Source of the DNA: a virus
Taxonomy: Duplodnaviria > Caudoviricetes
IMG/VR virus record: IMGVR_UViG_3300020042_010175
Span: 1-24,004 of that record
Length of the DNA stretch: 24,004 bases
Reading direction: 5' to 3' (one strand)
In this document: in pieces, positions 16,791 to 24,004 of the stretch
How positions within the stretch are numbered: the stretch's first letter is position 1
How the letters are laid out: every line of letters begins with the position of its first letter
Notes under the pieces: generated by a model
What the model was told of the DNA's origin: nothing
The model's input: the letters and a program-made list of their open reading frames with translations, nothing else
Database searches by the model: none
Translations under genes and position numbers: made by a program

Positions 16791-17576
16791 GTGATCCTCA
16801 CGGCTTATCTCAATCTCCGCACCGGACAGCTCACCAACAGCCAAGGCGGCTTTGGGCCTTTCGGCGATGTCGAGTCCTCGCTCGGCATACCCCCCCCTGG
16901 TGCGCTGCGTCTCCAGCGTGGCGACAAGCCCACGTTGCGCATCCGCGTCTTCGATCCCTGGTCGAGCAACGAGGCCGTGCGACTCGACAGCGGCACCACA
17001 CTCGTCGCCGCGCTGAAAAAATGGGACGACCACAACAACATCAATCCCCTCGCTCAGATCACTGACGACACCTGGGATAAGCCCGCTAGCCTCACCGACA
17101 ACGTCGCCAGCGACCTCACCGACGACCCCGGCGGTTTCTACCTCGGCACACTCGATCTCAGTGGTGATGACCTCGCTGCATTGCTGCCCGCAGGCACCAG
17201 CAGCGTTTACACGCACCTGCAAATTCAGACCATCACCGAGGACGTCCCGCAAAGCAGCCAATGGGTGCCAGTGCTCATCCTCTCTGACGTGGTGCGTCCG
17301 ACTGACAACGCCGTCGCCATCAGCTCGCAGCCATCACCCTCCGCCAAGCTGTATTACAAGGAGATCACCGCGCTCACCGGTGGCGGCACCACCGCGCTCG
17401 ATGGGATCAGCACCCTCGGCAAAACACTTGCACTCGTCGAGATCTACGTCGCCGATGAGCTGCAAGACTGGCGCTTATTCGCAGGCACCACCGCCGAAGA
17501 CAGTGCCAACGGCATCGTGCGTCCCGACGACTACAACGCCACCACCAACGCTCAAATCTGGAAACGCGTCCGCTAA
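16791..17576 (+). CDS. Putative baseplate-upper/fibre adaptor protein
   Basis: GTG start 13 nt after TTGACA. LQRGDKPTLRIRVF N-terminus resembles BppU-like domains; C-terminal GIVRPDDY...W module. Confidence 0.55.
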   Translation: MILTAYLNLRTGQLTNSQGGFGPFGDVESSLGIPPPGALRLQRGDKPTLRIRVFDPWSSNEAVRLDSGTTLVAALKKWDDHNNINPLAQITDDTWDKPASLTDNVASDLTDDPGGFYLGTLDLSGDDLAALLPAGTSSVYTHLQIQTITEDVPQSSQWVPVLILSDVVRPTDNAVAISSQPSPSAKLYYKEITALTGGGTTALDGISTLGKTLALVEIYVADELQDWRLFAGTTAEDSANGIVRPDDYNATTNAQIWKRVR

Positions 17577-17590
17577 AAACTCAACCTCAC

Positions 17591-19321
17591 ATGACACAGA
17601 TCGCCCGCATCATCATCGTCTTCGGCCTGCTCATCAGTGCGCTCCACGCCCAAACCAAGAGCGTGATCAAGAACGTCAACGGTAACACCATCACCGAATC
17701 ACTCACCATCGGCGCAGGCAAGACCCTCACCATCGCCAGCGGTGCCAGCATCGTCGCCGCCAATGGCAGCACCCTCACCGGCTTTGGTGGCAGTGTCACT
17801 AGCGTAGCGTTATCGTTACCCTCCATCTTCAGCGTCAGTGGCTCGCCGGTCACCGAGAGCGGCACACTCACCGGCACACTCGCCACACAATCTGCCAACC
17901 GCGTTTTCGCCGGTCCATTAAGCGGCGCTGATGCCGCCCCCACTTTTCGCGCCCTGGTCGCCGCCGACATGCCGAATTTAAGCAGCACTTACCAACCACT
18001 TGCCACGCCGCTTACGTCACTGTCTGGCCTGGCTGATGCTGCCGGTGTGCTCAAAAACAATGGCTCGGGCACCTTGAGTTATCAGGCAACGAGTAGCGGG
18101 GCGCAGGCATCCAATGATGGCAAACTCGTGGAATACGGGAGCGGGGGCTCGATCTCCGCCACCATCGTGGCCAGCATGTCAGAAGGGTCACAGGCACCCT
18201 ACACGCAAGTGTCTCCCACCGCCTTTTATTTTGCGCCGTCTTTTGGCATCACGGGCACCCTCAACACTGATACGCTCACGACCAACCGCACCTGGACCCT
18301 GCCTAATAAGAGCGGCACCGTGGCGATGACCAGCGACATCACCGGCACGAACAGCGGCACCAATACGGGTGACCAAACCATCACGCTGACAGGTGACATC
18401 ACCGGCTCTGGCAGTGGGAGCTTTGCCACCACACTCGCCAACAGCGGTGTGACCGCTGGCAGCTACACCAACACCAACCTAACCGTAGATGCGAAGGGTC
18501 GAATCACCTCAGCGAGCAATGGCAGCGGCGGCCTCACCATTGGCACCACGACCATCAGCGGTGGCACGGCTGGCAGGCTCCTCACTAGCGGCGCGACGGT
18601 GGGAGAGCTAACGCTCGGCAGCGGCGTGAGCACGTGGTTGATCACTCCATCTAGCGACAATTTGCGCAGTGCGCTGACCGATGAGTCAGGCAGTGGTGCT
18701 GCCGTGTTTGCGACCTCTCCAACCCTAGTCACACCGGTGCTAGGGGTGGCATCGGCTACTGATCTCTCAACTTCCGGTCGTTTTTTTGGTGCGTCTGAGC
18801 CGGGTTACCCGCAGTTCACAGAGACAGGCTACCCAGGTAACGGCATGCGGGTCTATTCTGACCGCCTTGATTTCTGGATCGGGTCGTCAGTCCTCTTAAC
18901 AATACAGGCGGGGACATTTAATGTGCCCGCACTTACATGGACCGCTTCAAACGTGAGCTTATCGGCTACGTCAGACGGTGCTGGGCGATTAGTTCAAAAG
19001 TCCGGCACGTCCCCTATGAGCATCTCTGTTGCTAACACCTACACTAGCTTCACGAACAAGGAAGAATTTGAAATCGGCTGGGTCGGAAACTCGAACGTTT
19101 GTCGGCTCAGGCCGATCAAAGGCAGCGGTGGTGGCAGCTCACGCAATGCTGAATTTCACACAACCGAGACCGGCGTGAATTGGGGCAGTGGCAGTGGGTC
19201 CCCAGAAGGTGTCCGCACGGCACCAGTCGGCTCATTATACACACGCACCGATGGCGGCACCAACACAACGCTCTATGTCAAAGAGTCCGGCACGGGAAAC
19301 ACCGGCTGGGTGGCCAAGTAA
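17591..19321 (+). CDS. Tail fibre/spike-like protein with signal-peptide-like N-terminus
   Basis: Fibre motifs GSVTSVAL, APTFRALVAAD, TGTNSGTNTGDQT, SGVTAGSY..LTVDAKGRITSA, LTDESGSGAAVFATSPTL and C-terminal GSPEGV.TAPVGSLY...KESGTGNTGW. Confidence 0.8.
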   Translation: MTQIARIIIVFGLLISALHAQTKSVIKNVNGNTITESLTIGAGKTLTIASGASIVAANGSTLTGFGGSVTSVALSLPSIFSVSGSPVTESGTLTGTLATQSANRVFAGPLSGADAAPTFRALVAADMPNLSSTYQPLATPLTSLSGLADAAGVLKNNGSGTLSYQATSSGAQASNDGKLVEYGSGGSISATIVASMSEGSQAPYTQVSPTAFYFAPSFGITGTLNTDTLTTNRTWTLPNKSGTVAMTSDITGTNSGTNTGDQTITLTGDITGSGSGSFATTLANSGVTAGSYTNTNLTVDAKGRITSASNGSGGLTIGTTTISGGTAGRLLTSGATVGELTLGSGVSTWLITPSSDNLRSALTDESGSGAAVFATSPTLVTPVLGVASATDLSTSGRFFGASEPGYPQFTETGYPGNGMRVYSDRLDFWIGSSVLLTIQAGTFNVPALTWTASNVSLSATSDGAGRLVQKSGTSPMSISVANTYTSFTNKEEFEIGWVGNSNVCRLRPIKGSGGGSSRNAEFHTTETGVNWGSGSGSPEGVRTAPVGSLYTRTDGGTNTTLYVKESGTGNTGWVAK

Positions 19322-19353
19322 CAAACCAAAGTAACAAACCCAACTAACAAAAT

Positions 19354-19746
19354 ATGAAACTTCTCCTATTCACCCTCTGCGCCTCACTATCGCACGCACA
19401 ACTCATCCCCACCACGGACGCGCAACCAACTACGGCCAGGCTTGCAGCCGAGAGCATTGTGAACGCGATCAACAACGAGATCACGCATCGCGTCGCCGTC
19501 CATAAAATCGCCTTCGAGACGCTCTGGAAAAACACACGCGAAGGGGCCACACCCGCCGCGATTCTGGAGCAGCTCGGCACCTCGGCGGTGCTCGTGTTTC
19601 AGTTCAGCCGCGAGAACCTCGACCACATCGACCGCTGCGCCAGGCTGGTGGGTAAGACTCGCGCAGACTTTTTGAGCGATGCCGAATGCACTCCACCGCA
19701 CGAGCTGGTGTATCACACCGATGGCCGAGTGACAATCAAACTCTGA
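19354..19746 (+). CDS. Hypothetical protein with signal-peptide-like N-terminus (possible fibre chaperone)
   Basis: 130 aa starting MKLLLFTLCASLSHA-Q; directly after the fibre. Confidence 0.65.
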   Translation: MKLLLFTLCASLSHAQLIPTTDAQPTTARLAAESIVNAINNEITHRVAVHKIAFETLWKNTREGATPAAILEQLGTSAVLVFQFSRENLDHIDRCARLVGKTRADFLSDAECTPPHELVYHTDGRVTIKL

Positions 19747-19769
19747 TCGCACTCTACCAAGCTCTGACC

Positions 19770-20045
19770 ATGGAACCCACCCTCATTGCCAAAGCATTCG
19801 AAGTCATCGTCTCCACTGGCCCCGTGGCCATGATCCTGGTCGTCGCAGTCTGGTGGCAAACCAAAGGCAACCAAGCACTCGTGACCGAGCTCAACAAAGA
19901 GCGAACTGATCGCCTCAATGCCATGGATCGTGAACTCCATCGCCTCCGCGACCGCAGCGACCGCTGCGAGGCCGACCGCATCGAGCTGCACAAGCAACTC
20001 GCCAATTTACTATCCAACGCCTCGCACGATCGCCATCATGCGTGA
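19770..20045 (+). CDS. Membrane protein with coiled coil (holin/spanin-like lysis protein)
   Basis: 91 aa from ATG 19770; one TM (GPVAMILVVAVWW) then a heptad-rich region; in the lysis cluster. Confidence 0.55.
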   Translation: MEPTLIAKAFEVIVSTGPVAMILVVAVWWQTKGNQALVTELNKERTDRLNAMDRELHRLRDRSDRCEADRIELHKQLANLLSNASHDRHHA

Positions 20046-20071
20046 GGCATTGACACGAGCGCAGTGGTAAC

Positions 20072-20440
20072 ATGAAAAACTACCGCACCACTCTCATCGG
20101 AGCCGCGCTCGCTGGCCTGTCCTTCCTCGCCATTTATCAAGGCAACGGCGGCGACCTCGCCAACTGGCAGCAGTGGCTCATCCCCGTCACCATTGCGGTC
20201 TTGGGCTACGTCGCCAAAGACGCAGGCGTCACTGGCTCCCTCAAGCTCCTCCTCGGCTGCCTTTGCCTGCTCACGCTGCCGAGCTGCACGACCTCTGCCA
20301 ATGGCAGCAAAGCATTTCTGGGCCTCAGCTCACCGCAGTGGCTCGGCATCGGCCAAGACGCCGCCCGCTCCGCCATGCAGACTGCTGTAATCGGCTACAG
20401 CCAGCGTCGGCTCGTGGTGGATGTGACCAGCGGTAAATGA
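20072..20440 (+). CDS. Putative holin with C-terminal lipoprotein-like segment
   Basis: KNYRTTLIG...LGYVAKD two-TM pattern, then a hydrophobic stretch ending LPSC; upstream of the endolysin. Confidence 0.6.
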   Translation: MKNYRTTLIGAALAGLSFLAIYQGNGGDLANWQQWLIPVTIAVLGYVAKDAGVTGSLKLLLGCLCLLTLPSCTTSANGSKAFLGLSSPQWLGIGQDAARSAMQTAVIGYSQRRLVVDVTSGK

Positions 20441-20450
20441 GCCACCGCCC

Positions 20451-21014
20451 ATGAGTATCACCGCCGACCACTGGCTCGACTCCGCCCTGCGTCGTCCCAT
20501 TGCCGGCGGCGCAAAAATGCCTGTGCGTCGTTTCCTCGTCATCCATTTCACCGCCGGAGCCAGCGCCGAATCCTCCATTGAATTCTGGCGAACGCCCGCC
20601 GCCAAAGGTGCCTCCGCTCACCTCGTCATCGACCGCGACGGCACCGTCTATCAGACGCGCCCCTTTGACCGCACCTGTGGCCATACCGGCGTGTCCCAAT
20701 GGCAAGGCCACAAAAACCTCAATGCCTGCACCATTGGCATCGAGCTAGCCAACGCAGGCGATGACGAGCGGCTCACGAAGCGTTGGTCAAAACATCCACC
20801 CATCGAAGCGCGGCACAAAAACGGTGGTTCGCTCAAGAAGTGGGAAGCCTACCCACTGGCCCAACTCGCCGCCTGCGAGCAAGTCGCCAAAGCCCTCGTC
20901 ACTCGCTACAAGCTCGACGACATCGTCGGTCACGACGACATCGCGCCAACCAGAAAAAACGACCCCGGTCCCGCCTTCCCCTTGGCATCCCTCCGGCAGT
21001 CATGTGGCTTTTGA
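20451..21014 (+). CDS. Endolysin, N-acetylmuramoyl-L-alanine amidase (Amidase_2 family)
   Basis: VIHFT, SAHLVIDRDG, IGIEL and VGHDDIAPTRKNDPG zinc-amidase motifs. Confidence 0.92.
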   Translation: MSITADHWLDSALRRPIAGGAKMPVRRFLVIHFTAGASAESSIEFWRTPAAKGASAHLVIDRDGTVYQTRPFDRTCGHTGVSQWQGHKNLNACTIGIELANAGDDERLTKRWSKHPPIEARHKNGGSLKKWEAYPLAQLAACEQVAKALVTRYKLDDIVGHDDIAPTRKNDPGPAFPLASLRQSCGF

Positions 21015-21017
21015 GCT

Positions 21018-21224
21018 GGGTGTGTAAACAGGGTGTAATCACACCCGTCGCCACATTCCCCCAGTAAATGCAAGGCTTCGAATCCCCTTATCTCCACCAC
21101 CTCAATTTGGGGCTGGAGGCTTGATTTCACTAGGGCGGGAGGCTCAAAGGGGTGTTTGGGCTTTGGATGCCGTTTGTGGCTGTTTTTGGCCTTTTATAGG
21201 CTTAAAAAGGGTGTAAAAGGGTGT
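21018..21224. repeat. GGGTGT repeats flanking the att core (candidate integrase arm sites)
   Basis: GGGTGT at 21018, 21031 and 21150; inverted ACACCC at 21041; tandem AAAAGGGTGT at 21205 and 21215. Confidence 0.6.
21077..21099 (+). mobile_element. att core: 3' fragment of a tRNA (tRNA-Ala-like)
   Basis: TTCGAATCCCCTTATCTCCACCA corresponds to the T-loop, 3' T-stem, acceptor strand and CCA. No 5' half of a tRNA upstream; about 130 bp before an integrase. Confidence 0.8.
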
Positions 21225-21225
21225 C

Positions 21226-22473
21226 ATGCGAGAGACGAGTCAGAGTGTGAAATATGGCGGGGTGGAGGCGCGGATTTCGCGCCGGGGCGATGGGCGTTTT
21301 GTGGTGCGGTGGCGGGAGGCGCGGCAGGGACGCTCGACGACGGCGATGACGCGGGAGGGGGCGCTCAAATTGGCACAGGCCAAGGTGCGGGAGTTGGCCG
21401 GCAAAGCGGGATCGCGCATGGTCTCGGTGATCGAGGCGGAGGCGGTGCAAGGACTGCTGGAGATTGCGGGGGCGAGGTCGCTGCATTCGGTGGTGGAGAC
21501 GGTGCGGGATGCGGTGCGACGTTGCGATGGTTTGGCGAATGTTTCGCGGGCGGTGGATGCCTGGCTAAAGGCGGGGCATGGGGCACTAGATCGAACAACG
21601 ATGGCGGTGGCGGTGCCGCGTTTCTTGGCGCTGCATGCGCGGTCTTCGTGGGAGCATCTGGCGGGGCTGCGCAAGGAGCTGGGGGCATTTGTGATGCGCT
21701 ATGGTGAGGTGTCGGTGTGTGACCTCGACGTGGAGATGCTGACGACGTGGATCGGGCGACCACGTGAGGATGGCGCAGAGATCGGAGCGCGATTTTTTAA
21801 CAATCGCTTGGCGTCGTGGAAGACGTTTCTGAATCGGTGTCGCGAGTGGGGAATGCGTGCGAGAGGTGAGCCGCATCCGGCGGAGGTGATTAAAAAACGA
21901 AAGGAGGCGGACCCGGTGCCGGAGATTTTTAGCGTAGACCAGGCGCGGAAGATTTTGGCGCTGATTCGTGCGAAGGAGCCGCAGTGCTTGAACTATTTTG
22001 TCATCGGCTGCTGGATGGGGCTGCGTCCGTTTGAGATGCGGCGGATCACCTGGGCGATGTGGGACTGGGAGCGCGGTTATTTGGACCTAGGGCCGCAGGT
22101 GGCGCTCAAGACGATGCAGCAGCGTTATGTGCCGATCCCGGAGAATGTGCGGGCGATGCTGCGCGGTGCCAATGCTGACGCACGCTGGGGCAAGAAGTGT
22201 AAGCGTGCGGCAAAGCATTGCGTGAGGACGACGGATCAACCGCACCTCATGCGACTGCTGAAGGCGGCGAAGGTGATGAGCGTGTGGCCGCAGGACATCA
22301 TGCGGCACTCGTATATCTCGTATCGCCTGGCACAGGGGCATGGACGCGGCCAGGTGGCTGAGTGGGCGGGGAACTCCGAGGGGGTGATTCGGAAGCGGTA
22401 TCGAAGGCCGCTGCGGAAGGAGGACGGGGAGGCGTGGTTTGCCATCGGGATTGAGACGCGGATGAATTCATAA
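21226..22473 (+). CDS. int: Phage integrase (tyrosine recombinase)
   Basis: 415 aa. N-terminal arm-binding-like beta domain; GLRPFE (Arg), ALKT (Lys), DIMRHSYISY and WAGNS..VIRKRY (Tyr); adjacent to the att core. Confidence 0.88.
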   Translation: MRETSQSVKYGGVEARISRRGDGRFVVRWREARQGRSTTAMTREGALKLAQAKVRELAGKAGSRMVSVIEAEAVQGLLEIAGARSLHSVVETVRDAVRRCDGLANVSRAVDAWLKAGHGALDRTTMAVAVPRFLALHARSSWEHLAGLRKELGAFVMRYGEVSVCDLDVEMLTTWIGRPREDGAEIGARFFNNRLASWKTFLNRCREWGMRARGEPHPAEVIKKRKEADPVPEIFSVDQARKILALIRAKEPQCLNYFVIGCWMGLRPFEMRRITWAMWDWERGYLDLGPQVALKTMQQRYVPIPENVRAMLRGANADARWGKKCKRAAKHCVRTTDQPHLMRLLKAAKVMSVWPQDIMRHSYISYRLAQGHGRGQVAEWAGNSEGVIRKRYRRPLRKEDGEAWFAIGIETRMNS

Positions 22474-22503
22474 AAAAAGCCGCTCGATTGGAGCGGCTTT
22501 TTT
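22473..22503. terminator. Bidirectional intrinsic terminator
   Basis: AAAAAAGCCGCTC GATTG GAGCGGCTTTTTT between convergent genes. Confidence 0.88.
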
Positions 22504-22529
22504 GTGGGCGGATTGAAAGGAGGTGGCGC

Positions 22530-22892
22530 TCAAAGCGTGCCTAACATCCAGCGTCGCAACAGGATGCCACCGATGACCACGAGGGTGATTAGGCCAAGGC
22601 TGAGCAGCCTGTCGGGCCACGGGCTGGGCGGTGGTTCGAGCGTGAAGTGGCAGGTCGGGCAGAGGGTGCTGGTGCTGGCGACGTGATTGCCACAGGCTCC
22701 GCAGGTGTGCTCGACGGTGCGAATGGTATCGACCACGAGGCCCAGCAGCATGGCGAGCAGACCGAGGGGCCAAAAAAGAAACAGCAGCGCAATGCCACCA
22801 AAAAAGAAACAGAAGGCGAGGATCTGCGCGGTGCCGGTGTTTTTGACGCGACGTTTGATCAGCGCGGTGGGGCGTGGAGTCGGGGTATTCAT
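22530..22892 (-). CDS. Membrane protein with zinc ribbon
   Basis: From ATG 22892: a hydrophobic hairpin, CGAC...CPTC, then a C-terminal TM. The only credible minus-strand gene in the window. Confidence 0.7.
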   Translation of the reverse strand: MNTPTPRPTALIKRRVKNTGTAQILAFCFFFGGIALLFLFWPLGLLAMLLGLVVDTIRTVEHTCGACGNHVASTSTLCPTCHFTLEPPPSPWPDRLLSLGLITLVVIGGILLRRWMLGTL

Positions 22893-22985
22893 TGGTGGAA
22901 ACAAATTTATGGTTTACGGTGTTTTTGTTCGGACTTTTCTTTCACCCAATCGGCAAAGGTGATGCCAAGCCGCTCTGTATGCACT

Positions 22986-23003
22986 GATATACGGACTTAT
23001 ATC
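22986..23003. promoter_or_regulatory. Palindrome in divergent intergenic region (possible operator)
   Basis: GATATA CGGACT TATATC, overlapping a possible leftward TTGCGC-N17-TATCAG promoter. Confidence 0.3.
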
Positions 23004-23069
23004 TTCGCGCAAGAAAAAAGGAGGCGTGGTTTGAGGTGATATGAGTATTGACAAAGCCGGGCTGTTATT

Positions 23070-23321
23070 ATGGCCTTAAAACCGGTTACGTGTTCGGGTG
23101 ATGCGATTCCGCTGGACCAGCGGATTCTCAAGCTGGCTAAACGGCTGAAGCCGGGTCAGTGCTATGTGGCGACTGACATGGCGCGTGAGTTTGGAGTCAC
23201 GCAGACCTCGGTGCTGGGGGCTGCAAAACGGGTGGGGGCTTATGCGTTGCGCGCCGGGGTGCGGGGGATTCGGGTGCGCGGGGTGATTGTGAATCCGGCG
23301 CATGTGGAGGTGCAGAAATGA
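23070..23321 (+). CDS. Small basic protein, possible HTH
   Basis: 83 aa with ATDMAREFGVTQTSV HTH-like segment; TTGACA 16 nt upstream; ATGA-coupled to the next gene. Confidence 0.6.
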   Translation: MALKPVTCSGDAIPLDQRILKLAKRLKPGQCYVATDMAREFGVTQTSVLGAAKRVGAYALRAGVRGIRVRGVIVNPAHVEVQK

Positions 23322-24004
23322 GCTTGAAAAAAGCCAAGATCGCGACGGTGGAGGAGGTGCAGCGGCTTTCGTTTGAGGCGGCGCTGCGGGGGATGCGCGG
23401 GGAGCGGGATGAGGCGAAGCGGCGGGTGACGGTGATGCAGGGCGAATTGGAGGGATTGCAAAAGCGATTTGATCAACTGGCGGCGGTGCGTGCGCCGTTT
23501 GTGGCGACGCCGTTTGTGCGCGAGGTGCGTAGCTCGGCGAGCGACCAGGGGGTGTCGCTGGCGATGTGGAGCGACTGGCATGTGGCGGAGCGGGTGGACA
23601 AGCGGCTAATCGGCGGGCGGAATGCTTACTCGCCGGAGATCGCAGAGAAGCGGGCGGCGGCGTGTGTGGCGAGCACGATTCGGATTCACCGGCACCTGGC
23701 GAAGTCGTATGCGTCGCCGGAGATGGTGCTGTTTTTGGGCGGAGATTTCATCACGGGGTATCTGCACCCGGAGCTGGAGCAGACGAACGCGATGGGGCCG
23801 GTAGAGGAGGCGCATTTTGCGCAACGGCTGCTGGCCTCGGCTCTGGATGAACTGGCCGGCGAGAAGACGATCAAACGGCTGCGGGTGGTGTGCATGCGTG
23901 GGAATCACGGGCGCACGACGAAGAAGATGCAATTCAAGAATGACTATGAGACCTCGCTGGAATCGTTCATTTACTGGACGTTGGCGGATCGGTTTGGATC
24001 ATCG
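23318..24004 (+). CDS. Calcineurin-like metallophosphoesterase with N-terminal coiled coil (3'-truncated; absent from the ORF track)
   Basis: Manual translation gives MSLKKAKIATVEE...WSDWH...FLGGDFITG...MRGNHGR, matching the DxH, GD and GNH motifs; open to the window end. Confidence 0.85.
   Translation, partial: MSLKKAKIATVEEVQRLSFEAALRGMRGERDEAKRRVTVMQGELEGLQKRFDQLAAVRAPFVATPFVREVRSSASDQGVSLAMWSDWHVAERVDKRLIGGRNAYSPEIAEKRAAACVASTIRIHRHLAKSYASPEMVLFLGGDFITGYLHPELEQTNAMGPVEEAHFAQRLLASALDELAGEKTIKRLRVVCMRGNHGRTTKKMQFKNDYETSLESFIYWTLADRFGSS

Noticed and set aside
17591-19746. Diversity-generating retroelement or invertible fibre cassette
   Set aside because: No reverse transcriptase, no TR/VR pair and no inverted fibre copies visible in the window.
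7796-19769. ORF-track starts at 7796, 8923, 11355, 14695 and 19686
   Set aside because: They overlap upstream genes or terminators. ATGs at 7847, 9202, 11484, 15070 and 19770 fit coupling and leader patterns better.
21040-21099. Complete tRNA gene
   Set aside because: Only the T-loop-to-CCA portion is present; no D arm, anticodon arm or 5' acceptor strand.
2374-23053. TTGACA copies as ordinary sigma70 promoters
   Set aside because: No -10 box at 16-18 nt, and for most copies the geometry would put the TSS inside the ORF. Kept instead as an unexplained motif.

Overview
The window is most of a temperate tailed-phage (siphovirus-like) genome or prophage. The host is probably in the Verrucomicrobiota; this is an inference from integrase style, REP-like palindromes and heptamer repeats. 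The + strand carries a head module (adaptor, lambda-type portal, ClpP protease with nested scaffold, P22-coat-like major capsid), then neck and tail genes including a chaperone with a GGGAAAC -1 frameshift, the tape measure and a fibre. Lysis genes follow, then an att site (3' end of a tRNA-Ala-like sequence flanked by GGGTGT repeats), a tyrosine integrase and the start of an early/accessory region. The main surprise is at the left end. A genuine integron integrase (IntI, with the integron-specific insertion) abuts the head genes, next to a divergent attI-like junction, one complete 814-bp cassette closed by an attC site, and the start of a second cassette. This appears to be an integron embedded in a phage, and its cassette genes are inverted 'ORF + RHH-like regulator' pairs. 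Other notable signals: TTGACA placed 13-16 nt before many start codons, often in hairpins that sequester the start; a methyltransferase-like moron flanked by 13-bp direct repeats; signal-peptide-like N-termini on the fibre and its neighbour; and a sharp C-rich to G-rich skew switch at att. Product calls come from motif recognition and synteny only; no searches were run.
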